Assembly (NCBI GenBank): GCA_000388065.2
Contig: KB932202.1
Source of the DNA: Fonticula alba ATCC 38817
Lineage: Eukaryota > Protista > Nucleariida
DNA: 46,317 bases
Direction: 5' to 3' (one strand)
Shown: positions 11,719-24,900 of the stretch, in pieces
Position numbering within the stretch: position 1 is the stretch's first letter
Layout of the letters: each line of letters starts with the position of its first letter
Made by a program: the position numbers and the translations under genes
Notes under the pieces: model-generated
Seen by the model: the letters and a program-made list of their open reading frames with translations, nothing else
Told to the model about the DNA's origin: nothing
Databases searched by the model: none

Positions 11719-13518
11719 ATGTCCTTCTCCCTCCTGGGGCTGGCCCTTTGCGCCCTGCTGGCCTTCGCCGCCGGCGGCGCGTCGGCTGCCGCGCCGATCG
11801 TCCACGACGGCCCGATCCCGGCCACTTACCAGACGGCCGCCACCGCGCCGATCAACTCCCCCCTGGCTGACGCTGTCACTGCCGAGGGCATCATGAAGCA
11901 CCTGCAGACCTTCCAGCGCATCGCCATGCGCCCGCAGAACAAGGGCTCGCGCTCCATCTACAACGGCTACGATGACTCCCTGGACTATGTGGCCGAGCAG
12001 CTGCGCTCGGTTTCCGGTGGCGGCTACTCGGTGGTCTACCAGCCGATGGTGGCCCATGTGAGCGAGTACCCCGAGCCGCCGACCCTGTCGGTGACCTACC
12101 CCCACCAGTTTGACCTGGCCCTGAATGACGACTTCGTCGGCTTCAACTTCGGTGGCTCCGGCAACCTGGAGGACGTCCCGGTGGCCCTGGTCCTGGGTGG
12201 CTGCAATGCCTCGGACTTCGAGGACTTCGTCCCCGGCAGCGTGGCCCTCATCAACCGCCATGTGCATGTGGCGGCCGGGGACCAGATCCCCACCTGCCCG
12301 TACCGCGATCGCGTGGGCCATGCCACCGCCGCCGGTGCCACCGCCGTGCTGATGTACAACCCGCTGGATCTGCTGCCCACCCTGGGCGGCGCCCCGGCCG
12401 GCACCACCATCCCTTCGCTCGGCCTGAACTCCGCCTCTGGCGCCTACCTTGTGGAGCTCCTCGCCGCTGGGGTCACCCCGCGCATCAACCTCTCGGCCCA
12501 CTGCCGTGCCATTGATGTCGGCACCAACAACGCCATCGCCGAGCTGGACCCGTCCCGCACCGGTGCCATGACCAACCGCACCATCATCGTCGGCGCCCAT
12601 GCCGATGGTGTTCCCAATGGCCCGGGCATCAACGACAATGCCTCCGGCACGGCCGTCGTCCTGGAGATCGCCCGCCAGTTTGCCCGCCTGCACCGCCGCA
12701 CCGTCAACCACGTCAAGTTCGCCTTCTGGTCCGCCGAGGAGTGGGGCCTGCTGGGCTCCAAGCACTATGTTGACAGCCTGACCACCGACGAGCGCGCCGA
12801 CATCGCCCTCAACCTGAACTTCGATATGCTCGGCTCGGCCAACTTCATCCGTGGTGTGTACGATGGTCGCAATGGTCCGGATGCCGTCCGCACTGGCTCC
12901 GGCAAGATCCAGGGTCTCTTCGAGCAGTGGTTCGAGTCTCAGGGCCTGGCCTCCGAGCCGACCCCCTTCAACGGTCGCTCTGACTACGGTCCCTTCATTG
13001 ATGTGCGTGCATGATGGGTTCCCCCTGCCCCGCTCTGCTCCCCGCCTCCGTGCCTCCTTCCCTGCCATGTCCCCGTTTGTCGTGTGGCCGTTCCTCCTTC
13101 CTGTATTCCCCGCCCTCGCCACCGCGCTGACACACCTTGCTGCCTCTCCCTCTCTGTCCCTCTCTCTCTCTCGTCCTTGATGAAGATCGGCATCCCTGCT
13201 GGTGGTCTCGCCGCCGGTGCCGAGGAGATCAAGACTGTCGACCAGGCCCGCAAGTTCGGTGGCGTTGCCTTCGCTTCCCTCGACACCTGCTACCATCGGT
13301 GCGCCTCCCTTTCGCCCTTCGCCCTTCGCCGCCGTGTGGGCCTTGCCCCCTCCCTCCGGTGCCATTCTAACGCCCTCCTCCCCGTGCAAAGTGCCTGCGA
13401 TGACATCGACAACATCTCTCGCCAGGCCATTGGCGATCTCGGCCGTGCTGCCGCCTACGTCATCGAGACCCTGGCCAACATGCCGGATCTTGATCTGTGG
13501 CTCAACTCCGAGAACTAA
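11719..13518 (+). CDS. Secreted M28-family aminopeptidase with PA domain (aminopeptidase Y / PaAP-like). Exons 11719-13002, 13186-13298, 13392-13518
   Basis: Signal peptide MSFSLLGLALCALLAFAAGGASA; PA domain (GCNASDF..GSVALINR..C); metal-site motifs GAHADGV, GINDNASG, WSAEEWGLLGS, LNFDMLGS, RSDYGPF, CYH.ACDDIDNI. Strong C-ending codon bias. Confidence 0.92.
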
Positions 13519-14119
13519 ACCGGCGCTCTGCCGCCGGTCTCCGCCCTCGGATGCGCGCTTGCGCTCCAAACACGCCCACATCCACACGCGCATATGCAAG
13601 GCGTGCGCCGGCAGCATCCCCCCCCCCCCCCCCCCCCCCCCCNNNNNNNNNNCGCCTGCCTCTGTTGCGTGCTTTCCCGCCTGCTGTCTCGCGGCCGCCG
13701 GGAGGGCGAGGGAGTCCCATTTCCTCTCCAATGCCGTGGGGGGGGGGGGGGGGACCTTCCATTCACCCTCCTTGTGTAGGTCATTTTTCGTGTCCTTGTG
13801 TGTGCTGTACAATGGAATTATCTCCCTTCCTCTCTTTTCATCTCCCTCTCTCTTCCCCTCTCTCGGCCCTTGTTTGTTGGTTCCTCAACAGACAAGCCCT
13901 CGCCATCTGTGTGGGTGTTTCCGGCTCTTGGATGTGGTGTGATTTTGCATGCTGTTGGCTATTGGGTGAACGCTTCACCGCCCAGGGAGAGGGGGGAGGG
14001 GGAAGCAGGTGGTCATGCTCCCCCGAGGACATGCGTGCCGTGGATATCGCCCTCGACGCCCCTTCCCTTTGTTGGCCCTCGTTCGGAGGCCCGCCCTGCC
14101 TGGCGAGAACCGGGGCGCC

Positions 14120-15393
14120 TCAGCCCGAAGACACCACCTTGTCGGCGACTTGGGTCCGGCGTTTCTCCGCCTCGCGCAGGAGGTTCTCCAGATGGCACTT
14201 CTGTTGCCAGAGGCGCTCGCGCCGGACCGGATCGAAGTCCCCAAAATGGTACCCCCGCGGGAGTTGGCGATCATAAATGAGCACCTTGTTGTGGAAGGCC
14301 CACACCGAGGGCCGGTGAGCCACGCTGATGAGGGTGATGCCGGCGCGCCTGGCATGGGCGTATGCGGCAGCCTCGGCCCCGAGGCTCAGGGCTGCGGTGC
14401 ATTCGTCCAGCACCGCGAAGGCTGGCCGGTGATACAGCAGCCGGGCCAGGGCCAGGCGCTGCTGCTCCCCGACCGACAGCTCAGCGGCCCAGCTGTTTTG
14501 AACTCGCCAGCCGGACAGTCCGCGCGGATCCGGGCCGCGGTATTGCTCCGGCGGGTCCTCGGCCACGGCTCCCGGGGCAAGTGAAGCTCCGCCGGCCGGG
14601 GCCAGACCCAGGGCGGGCTGCTCGGCCCCCGGGCCATCGTACTCCGGTGACCGGGAGGTCACCATGCGCTGGATGCCCATTTTGCCGAGAATCTCCATGA
14701 CGTCGGCCTCGTCGAAGCCACGTCGGCGCATGTCTTCCTCATTGTGGGGGTAGATGATCCTGTGCGATATGGGCGTGCGGGGGGGCGGGGGATTGGATTG
14801 TCCAGGGCCGGTGGTATCAGCATATTTTTGCGGCACGGCGGCCGGGGGCAAGTGTCGTGTGACGATCGCGCAGGAGGAAGGCAGGAGGCGGGGGTGCGGG
14901 AGGGGGGCGGGGAGAGAAAGGAAAAAAAGACCCCGACTCGGGACTTGACGCACTGCTCCAGGAGGGTGCCATTGGTCAGGTACGGGCGTTGTGGCACGTA
15001 AAACACCCCCCCGGAGGGCCGCGACACGAAGGCATCAGTCAAGGCCCCCAGGCCGTGGCATGCGGTGCACATCCGGTGCCGGTGCTGACCGGTGCCGGCG
15101 CATGTGGCACATTCCCGCGAGGGGCCCCACACGGGCCACAGGCCACCCAGCACCCGGAAGAGCGAGGACTTGCCACAGCCATTGGGCCCGAGGATTAGCA
15201 AGTGCTCGCCCTTGGCAATGGTGAAGGAGATTTCTTGCAGCAGCGGCGCGCCGCCTGGACGATCGGGGCTCCGGCCGCTGGTCATCACCGGCGGCAGGAG
15301 CGTCACCCGGTGGAACTGGCGGACATGGGGCGTGTCAGTTGGCCCCGCTGCCCGGTGGCTGCCTCCAAACGACATGCCATGCCTGGATCCGCA

Positions 15394-15426
<33 letters not shown>

Positions 15427-17553
15427 CCCCGGGGCAAGGCGCCTCCTCCTTCAGCGTACTTCAATCGTGTCGGCCGACTGCTTCATCCGGCCACGGGCGT
15501 ACACCTGCACGCCGGGGTCCAGCGGCGTCGGTGCTGGGCGGCCGGTGGCCGTGGACCGGTGGCTTTGTGGCGGCTTGCGATCCCGATGCTGACGGGCATC
15601 GGCCTCGATGGCGTCCCATGTTTCCAGCATCTCGCCAATGCGATTGACCAAGCCCTGGGCCTTGGGCGCCGAGTCGGCCCAAGCCTTGGATGCGCGGGCC
15701 GTGGCATCGGCGCTGGAATTCAGCAAGCGCCGCGTGGCCACCAGGCTGGACGCGCGCTCGGAGGTTTGCTCCTCCTCCTCGGCCAGGCGATCCCGAGCAC
15801 TTGCCCCGGCGGCCAGGGGGTTGTTGACAGTCGGCCGGAAGCCCGGGATCATGGACAGCAGGGCGCCCGCGCCGTCGCTGGTGCCGGCCGCCGAGATCAG
15901 ATGCCCGGCGGCCGTGTAGATGTACTTGGTGATGTACTGCTCCACCGAGGCATGGGCAAAGCGCATGCGATCGAGGTAGTAGCTTTGCCGCATGAGGGCG
16001 TCGAATGCCTCGCGCAGGGCCCCGGTCTCGGGCCCATGCCGGCGAGCGCCATGCCCCGGAGGGCAGGCGGGGGCGTGCTTTGGCGCGCCGAGGCCGGTCG
16101 ACCGGGCGACTTGACTTTCGTGACCGCCGGCCGGGCCCATCATGGGGGACCCCTCGTTGGAGCGGTATGCGTGTGTCAGTGGTCCGAAGGCCGTGGAGCT
16201 CCGGACAGACAGCGGCCCATGCGGGCCAATTAGCATGATGCCGTCCTCATAGCAGGCCGGGTGCCGGGGGGAGGCCCCGTCGGAGGTGTCGCCGTCGGGG
16301 GCTGCCCGATCGCCGGCCATGGCCAGCCGGCTCTTGGATGTGGCCCGGGTGGCATCGGCGCTGTCCATCGTCACCGTGCACCGGTCGCCGCCGCGCAGGA
16401 AACTCACCTCCTCGGCCGCGGCGTCCAGACGCGAGTAGGCCGTGCGAAGGGCCCCCTCCCGCCGGGCCAGCTCGGCCGACGCCTGGCCCAGGGACTTGAT
16501 GGTCGGGCGCTCGGAGCTGGCCAGGACCTGCGGCATGTGGCCGCCGGGTGGAAGGGCCACGGCGTCGTCGAAGAGCCGGAGGATTTGCCGGGCTGCACGA
16601 CTGCCCAGCTGCCGGCAGGCCCAGGCCGTCAGATGCACGGTGGCATGGGCCGTGGCCAGGGCCAGCGTTCCCTGGTACGCGGATTCCAGGAAGGTTTTGC
16701 TTGTGCCATCGGCCCGGTGTGTGCCGCCGATGAGCTTGGCCACGCGGATGTTCATGATGATGATGTCGATCACCGGCTTGGTGATGCCGCTGTGGAGCTC
16801 CACAATGGCGAAGGCCAGGGCCGCCGCATCGTGGGTGATTCGGTGGGGCGCATCGTCGATCGCAGCGCCGCCGGGGGCAGCCGTGCCGGTGGTCGGGGCC
16901 GGGCCCGGGCCGCCGGGTCCCGCCGTGTCAAGTGGCGGCTGGCTGACTCGATCGCTGGACGGCTCGCCGGAGGTGATGGCCTCCTCGGCATAGTAGTACA
17001 GCCCAGGCGGAGCCCCGTGCATGCCTTTGTAGTAGAGCTTCTCCAGATGCGCCCGGTCGGTGGTCGTGGACAAGTACCGATCCTGCAGGTGACCGGTCAG
17101 CCGGTCGCGACAGGCCAATGTCAGCTCACTTTGCAGGTAGGAAAGCTGCCAATGGCCGATCCCGGACCCGGCGAGGGTCGGGCCCGAGGCACCAGGGACC
17201 AATGGGGGCGAGTGTAGGACGCAGGTTAATAGGCGGTGNNNNNNNNNNNNNNNNNNNNNNNNNNNNNNNNGGGGGGGGGGGGGGGGGGGGGGTTTGTCTC
17301 TCGGCTGTGGGCGGCGCACCAGGGCATTGGTTGCCGAGGCCGGGATGGCCATCATCAGCCAGGCCGACAAGCCGCGAACGAAGCCCCGGCCATCGGCCTT
17401 GACCAAATGTCCGACGATCTTGCCATCAAGCTTGGCCAGACGCATGGTCAGGAAGGTGCGAAACAGTAGCATCGCAGTGTGGCTGGCGAAGATGAAGGAT
17501 TCCTGTGGTTGCGCATGTATGGTGCAAGTGAAATGCATGTGTGTATGTATGTA

Positions 17554-17598
<45 letters not shown>

Positions 17599-18101
17599 GT
17601 GCGAGTTAATGAGCACCAGGTGCAGAGGGGTCTGGGGCCGGACCTTGGAGAGGAGCGGCGGCAGGATGATGGCGAGAATGCGTTCGGCTCGGGACCGAGC
17701 GGTGGACTGTGGGACCAGGGGGGTGCAGGGCCCCGCAGCGGGAGGTAGCGCGAGCGTTAGCGGGAAGTGGCAGGGCCGAGCCGGGTCAATGTCGGGGAGG
17801 GCGTGACATGCTTTCCAAGCGGGAACCCCCCCCCCCCCCCCCTTCTCCCAGGATCTACCGAACACCGTGTACCTTGTGGCGGGTGATGGCCTGTGTGCTG
17901 GTCGACCGGGTGCGGGGAGCCCTTCATTCGGCGCGAGGCCCATCAAACCGAGCAAACTGTCAGTCAGGACCGGCAGTCGACCACATAGTACTCTTGGCAA
18001 TGTTGAGCGCACTTCTTTTTGGTGTGGAAATTCATGCGATACATGACGGCCGCCATGGCGGCGGCGAGGGCCACCGCCAGCACGTCCTTCCGGCGGAGCA
18101 T
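14120..18101 (-). CDS. Peroxisomal ABC subfamily D half-transporter (PMP70/ALDP/PXA-like). Confident exons 17706-17644, 17502-17320, 17145-15460, 15315-14954, 14759-14120; the 5' exons between 18101 and 17873 are uncertain because their splice phases do not resolve cleanly
   Basis: TMD motifs SK|[73 protein letters not shown]: [32 protein letters not shown]|[39 protein letters not shown]. Confidence 0.88.
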
Positions 18102-20302
18102 TTTCTTCCGAGGCAGGCGGTGCACGGAGGACCGCGGCGCAGGAGCAGGCGCCCAGACGCAAGGCTACCCCCGGGTAGGAAGGGGCTTGAGTGGGCAGCA
18201 AGGCAGGGCGGGGCGGCGTGAGGCGGGGCGAGGCGAGGGGGGAGGGCTCAAAATAAGCAGCGATCGGTGGAGCTGATAGGAAGAAGGTACGGGGCGTTGC
18301 CGGCGCCGGAGATGTGCTTGTCTGGCTGAATACTCCCTCTTGAAACAGTTGTGCCAACCTCGAGGCGGCTCGCGTGCTGACAATGACAGGGGGGCACTAC
18401 CGCGGAAGACGGTGTCTGGGGCTGGACAAATCCTGCCACCGTGCGAAAACGCGATCACACAGGGGTACCGCCCCCCGCCCACCCCCCGGGCTGGGGAGAG
18501 GCGAGCTTCCAGCGGGAAGGGCCCGCCGGGCCAATCAGCCTGTATCTCATCCTTGTCCCGCCCCGTCCTCCCTGCTCGTCGGGGTGAAGGGGCGTGCTGC
18601 TTGGGAGCACACCCGAGGGGCCCCAGGAACACTGGAGGACACAGTTGGCGGGGCCAGATCCGCGAGGCAGATCTCGGATGATCCGCCTCCGCGCGCGCGC
18701 GCACGCACGCACGCACAAAAGCCAACATCTCTCCAGCCATCCGGGCCTGCCGCCAGCCCCACCCTCTGATTGTCGGTGCCGGCCAATTTGCAAGCCCCGC
18801 GGATGGCCCCGGGGCTCGGATCGCCTGCCAAGTAGGGAGATGTTTTCACGTCAACCCAAAATGGCGGGGGTAGCGGGTGCCCCCGACACACCTCGCAGAT
18901 TGGAGGGCGGAGAAAAGGTGCAAAAAAGGACCGCCCATGTCCTGCGGCATGCGATCTCACCACCACCCCCCCCCCCCCCTTTCTCATGCTTGCCAAGCGT
19001 TGTGCTCCGATCGAGGAAACCGGACACCAGGGGGACACCCAGAAGACAACAATAAAAGCCTGGCGTTGCATGTGAAAAAGGCCCCATATAAGGGGCAAGT
19101 CGGGTGACTCCGTGTGGTTGTGGGGAAGGCCACCAGACCTGCTGGCCCAAATCACCTGCTGAGTGCGGACTGCACGTGCCACTTCCCGTGACACGCCTTG
19201 TTCGATTGCATGGCTCCAGGGCCGAATGCGGGGTGTGTGGTGACTGTCGAGCGCCTCGCTATCTCGAGCCCATCATACAGGAGCAGCCCGAGAGGGGGGC
19301 GGGGGGGATACGCCCGTGTGCGGGGAGTTCTTGGATCTGCCCTTGGCCCGAGGTCTGGAGGCCCAAAGGGGGATTCCCTGGCAGGCATCTCCCGAGAGCG
19401 AAGCTCTTTGCAGCTGTGTATCGAAGAGCATCACTGACGCACCGGTCGGACCTACGACCACGCCTGTTCCGAGGCTTCCTCCCGCACGTCCTTCATTTGC
19501 TCCATTTCTTCCCTTCCGCTCGCTTGCTCACTTGTCCCCGGGCCCGAGTTACCTGGCTCTCCCTCTCGAGCGGTGGCATATTCGCCGATTCGGTACGCCC
19601 TCGCCTTTCAGCCCCGGAGAGTGCTCCGTACAAGCGGCAAGTTTCCGGCATGGGCTCCATATGTCCAAGCCTCGCTCCTTTGACGTCAGACCGGATCCGT
19701 GAGNNNNNNNNNNNNNNNNNNNNNNNNNNNNNNNNNNNNNNNNNNNNNNNNNNNNNNNNNNNNNNNNNNNNNNNNNNNNNNNNNNNNNNNNNNNNNNNNN
19801 NNNNNNNNNNNNNNNNNNNNNNNNNNNNNNNNNNNNNNNNNNNNNNNNNNNNNNNNNNNNNNNNNNNNNNNNNNNNNNNNNNNNNNNNNNNNNNNNNNNN
19901 NNNNNNNNNNNNNNNNNNNNNNNNNNNNNNNNNNNNNNNNNNNNNNNNNNNNNNNNNNNNNNNNNNNNNNNNNNNNNNNNNNNNNNNNNNNNNNNNNNNN
20001 NNNNNNNNNNNNNNNNNNNNNNNNNNNNNNNNNNNNNNNNNNNNNNNNNNNNNNNNNNNNNNNNNNNNNNNNNNNNNNNNNNNNNNNNNNNNNNNNNNNN
20101 NNNNNNNNNNNNNNNNNNNNNNNNNNNNNNNNNNNNNNNNNNNNNNNNNNNNNNNNNNNNNNNNNNNNNNNNNNNNNNNNNNNNNNNNGGGGGGGGGGGG
20201 ATCTGTGTCTGAAAGGGGAGGTGGATCGCCAGGTGCGCGTGACTTCCCCATCGCCCCGGGGAAGGAGGGGATGTGCTGGCAGCGCGCTTCCTGCCACAGT
20301 GG

Positions 20303-21941
20303 CTATTGTTGCTGCTGCTGCTGCTGCTGCTGGAGCAGCAGGGCGCGAAGCTGGGCGACCTCGGCCTGCAGGGCCTGGATCTCGCGATCCTTTTCCATCA
20401 GGAGGAGGTCCCGCGAGTCCAGCGGATCGGGTGTCCGCACGCCGCCCCGGCCGGTTGAGGTGATGAGCATCGCCGGAGCGGTGGCCGTCAGATCGGTGGC
20501 CGATAGGAGCGAGTCCTCGGAGAAGTTTTTGACGCGCAGGGCGCCGGCCCCGGAGCCGGGAATCAATGGTCCATCGGCCGTGCGAGTGAGGAGGTCATGC
20601 AGCAGCGCCGGCGAGGAGGCCGAGCCGGTGAGGACATCGTCCTCCTCATCGTCGGTGCCACAGAGGCGATCTCCGCCTGAGGGGGAGGAAGCCCGGGCGG
20701 CATGGCCGCCCAGATGGCCCCGAGGCCCGCCGCCACCAGGGGTGTTGGTGACCGAGGCCGAGGGGGAGGACGAGGAAGAGACAAGCCCGGCGTGCTGGCG
20801 CGAGCGGGCACCACCGGGGGTCCGAGCCAACGGCAGGGCCGACATGCTGTAGGAGGGCATGAGCGGCGGCACGCCGCCAGCCGAATGGCCCCCCCCCCCG
20901 CCGGGGATCTCAATCGAGTGTGTCCGCCGGTGGTGCAGGTGGTCGGAGGAGCGACTGGACCCGGCGGCGGTGCTGGCACTACGCTGGTGCAGGCTGCCAG
21001 AAGAGCTCCCGGCCCAGCGGCTGGCGGCGGCACCGTGGCCCGGCCCACCGGCGCGGCTGGGCGTCAGATGGTGCAGCCGAGGAAGGCGCTTGCCGCCGGC
21101 CACCGGGGTGAAGGGCGGAAGGACCAGGCCACTGAGGTTGGTGGAGGAAACGGAGGGGGAAACCGTGCGACTGGACTCGCGAGTACCAGGGACCGAGTGG
21201 AGCAACCCATCGAAGAGCTGCAAGTCCGCCTGGATGTCCACCAGGTTGGTGGCGCCCGGCCCGGCATTTCCGCCCAGGGTCGGGGTCACCAGGCTGTCGG
21301 TCGAGGCCGAGGGCGGCAGGAGCGACGTCGAAAGGGGGAGATGCGGCGGCCGGGCGCCCCACAGGGCCCCGGTGGCCAGGGAAGCCTTGGAGGCCGAGGG
21401 CCGCGCATGCTTGACGATGGGCGTGGGTGTGGGCGTCGAGGTGGGGAGGGTGGAGGGGGTCGGCCCGGGGAGCGGCTCGGCCGGCGGGGCCGTGTCAATC
21501 GGCGCCACCGGCGGCACCGAGCGCTGGAACCGGTACCGATCTGACGTGACAATGTGGAAGTCGGCCAGCAGTTCCGAGGCCACCTGGTGCACCCGTTCGG
21601 CCGAGGGCCGGCGCTCGGGCTGCGGGAGGGTCATGGCCACGGCCAGTTGCAGGGCCTTGAGCGGCCAGTTTTGGATCATCTCCTCCGGGAGCAGGGGGCG
21701 GAAGTAGGACAGAGGCTGGAGGAAGGGGTCGGTCGTGGCGCCGGCCACAGAGGCCGAGGTCCCGCGCGGGCGAAGTCCATCCAGCACGCGAAGCAACTCC
21801 GAAGTTGTGGACATCGGGTGGAGCAGCTCGATCAGCATGACACCCAAGGCGTAAATGTCAACCTTGGCGGTGTACTCCGAGGAGTTGAGTTGCTCCGGGG
21901 CAACATACTGGGCGTGCGAGCGGGGTAAGGAGTGGGGAAAG

Positions 21942-21994
<53 letters not shown>

Positions 21995-24900
21995 AGGTCA
22001 GCACGAGTATATGCATGTATGCGAGCATGTGTCCAGGCACAGGCATGTGCGAAGATGGATGTTGGGGACAGTTGGGTGAGGGGCACATACCGGACGGGTG
22101 CCAATTCGGGCAGTATGGCGGCGACGCTTCCCGGAGCCGAGACCTGGAAAGGGGGGGGGGAGCAAGGTAAGGAGGCGGGCGGAGAGCAAGTAGGGGACAC
22201 GGGGGGTGAGCACAAGAGGAGCGAAGAAGGGGGGGGGGGCGGGGGCGGGGGGCGGGAGGCAGAGACGGATGATGGAGGGGCCCCAGGGGGCCGGGGGCAA
22301 GCAAAAGGAAGAGCCCCCCCCCCCCGACAGGTGCCGTACCCTTGGTGTGGGATGAGCGCCGACTCGATGCCCGGATATGCTCCGAGGCGCTGAGGCCAAA
22401 GTCACCGATGCGCACGCACGGCGAGAAGTCCGACTCCCAGAAGCTATCTGAGTGGTAGGGAAGGGTGGTCCGCTGGCTGGAGTCGGAGCCGCTCAGGCCC
22501 GAGGGGGAGGAGCCACTCCGGTCGGACTCGGTCCCCGAGGTGGAGCAACCATCGGCCCCGGTCGTGGAGCCGGCCTCGGTGTGATCGGAAGCCCCCGCGG
22601 TGCTGGAGGAGTCAGAGCGCCCGGGGGAGTCGGAGAACTCGAAGAAGACATTCTGCGGCTTCAGGTCCCGGTGGATGAGCCCGGAATTGTGGATGTGCAC
22701 CAGGGCATCAACCACCTGGTGGAAGATGACCAGCGCCGCGGCCGGGCAGCCTGCCTGGCGGAAGGCCGCCCCGGCCAGGGCGGCCCCCTCCAGCGGCGGG
22801 GAAGACTGCTCACGCAACCGGCGCCGGGCTGCGGCCAGGCGCTCACTGCGGATGCTCAGCCACTCGCCAAGGTGGCCCTGGCAGAGTTCCATCTGGATGA
22901 CCAGGTAAAGCCCCTGGGAGTTGGAGTCGGTGACGGCGGCCGCCACGGCGGCCGCCACCCCCCCGGCGGCCGAGCTCGTGCCAGTGGTCATCGATGAGGA
23001 GCCGGCCCCGGTCGCCGGGGCCGCAGCGCCACCCAGGGACGCACGCATGTGGGCGGGGCTGGTCGAAAGGCTGGGCCCCGGGCCGGTCGGCCAGCCGGGC
23101 ATGCGCAGGGCCAAGCTCGAGCCACCACCGGACCCCGGCAGGGCCGGGACCGGGGCCGGCGACACCACCGGGGCTCGGGAAGGTGCCGCGGCCGCGGCCC
23201 CGCAATGTGTGCACGTGGCGCCCGGCCCGGGGACCGGGGCCGGCACGCCTCCGGCCCCGGCGGCCAGCCCGATGCTCGGTGGCTGGGGGGCCAGGAGCAG
23301 GAGCTCCGGCGCATCTGCCACACCCCCACGCCGGCGGACCTTGGAAGCGTGCGCATGCAGATCCGAACGGGCCACCGATGCCCGGCGCAGGGCCACCGAC
23401 GCCGGCGGGGAGGGTGACGGCGGCGGGGCCGGCCGCGCGGCGGCCAGGTCCACCGGGCTGCTGGCGTGCGGGCGACTGCCACCGCCGGTGGCAGAGGCGG
23501 CCCCGGTGGCGGCCGATTCCCGAAGTGGCAGATTCAAGTGCAGTGGCAGGTGCGGGAAGCGCAGTTCCGAGGGGATGAGCGCCGCGGCTTGGAGCTCGGT
23601 CAGCACCGAGTCCGCGGCCTCCCGGTCGCCAGGGTTCCCCCCGCCGGCCGGCGCCTCGGAATAGGCCCCGAAGGACATGGTCCGCGAGACCCGGCGCCGG
23701 TGGTGCGGGTGAGCACCGACCGTGGCCGGGTCCACCCGGGGGTGGTGCTGCGATTGCTGGCGGGCCGGCCGCCGGGAGGCCGGGCGGTCGGCGGCAGCGG
23801 CCGCGGCAGCGGCGGTGGCAGCCGCAGCGGCCGCGGCCGCCGCCCCCGCGACCGACAGCCCACCGGAGGCCGGCGAAGAGGACGCCGACGCCGGCGACAG
23901 CCCGGACGGGGAGACCTCGCCATTGCCCGGCACCCCGACGCACGAAGAGGAGGCAGCCGACCCGGCTGCCGTGCCACCATGCCGCGGGATGCCGCTACTC
24001 GGGGACAGAGCCACGGCCGACAGGTCCAGCGAGGAACTCAGCCCGCCGGTGTAGGACCGGCGCTTGAGCCGAGACTTGGACTTCTCGATGGAGCAACCCA
24101 GCCGGGGGCTGGTGATGCCGGCCGGTGGCGGCCCCGGGGGGAGGCCACCGCTGCTGGAGCCGGGAGCACTGGCCCCCGGGGTCACCCCGGCCAGGGACCG
24201 GCTGCTGGCGGTCGGGGCAGATTCCGACACGGCGACCGGCACCGGCGAGTGGGCAGGCGGCTCGTCGGCGGCCTGCGGCGAGGCCGGCGACAGCTGCGAG
24301 CTGGGCGGCAGGCTGCTCCACTGCAGGGGCAGCGAGTGCGAATGGCCATGGGCCGATGAGCCGGTGGCCAGGGCCGCGGCAGCGGCACTGGCAGCCACCG
24401 CGCCAACAGCAGACCGCGGCCCGCGCATGGCCGGCGGCACATCAAGGCCCAGGAGCGAGGCGGACCGGCTGTCGGCCGGCAGCGGCAGGGTGGCCGCCGA
24501 GAGGGAGGTCCGCAGCGGCCGGTGGCGCGAGTGGCCGGGGGTGCCGCCTCCAGCCAGCTCATCGTCCGAGCCATCGTCATCGGTGTGGTCATCGTCGGTG
24601 GTCGGGCGGCGGGACTCCGCCGGCGGCAGCGGGGAGCCACGCACATGCAGGGCCCCCAAGCCGCGAGGCATGCGGGCATGGAGCTGCGACACGGGCGGCG
24701 CCGACCCCCCGAGGGGCAGGGGCGGGTGCTCGCCGTCGGACCGGTGGCCAAAGTCGTCATCCGACTCGGGGGTCGCCGACGGCAGGAAGGCCAACTCGTC
24801 GCGCTGGAGGATGTGCGCGCTGGACCGGCGCCCGGACCGGTGTTCGGGAACAAAGCCGCCCCCGGCCGCCAGGCCAAGAACCCCGGACGAAGCGACATCG

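Noticed and set aside
19084-19093. Perfect CArG box CCATATAAGG upstream of the ABCD gene
   Set aside because: A single CC(A/T)6GG is roughly expected by chance in 46 kb, and there is no supporting context.
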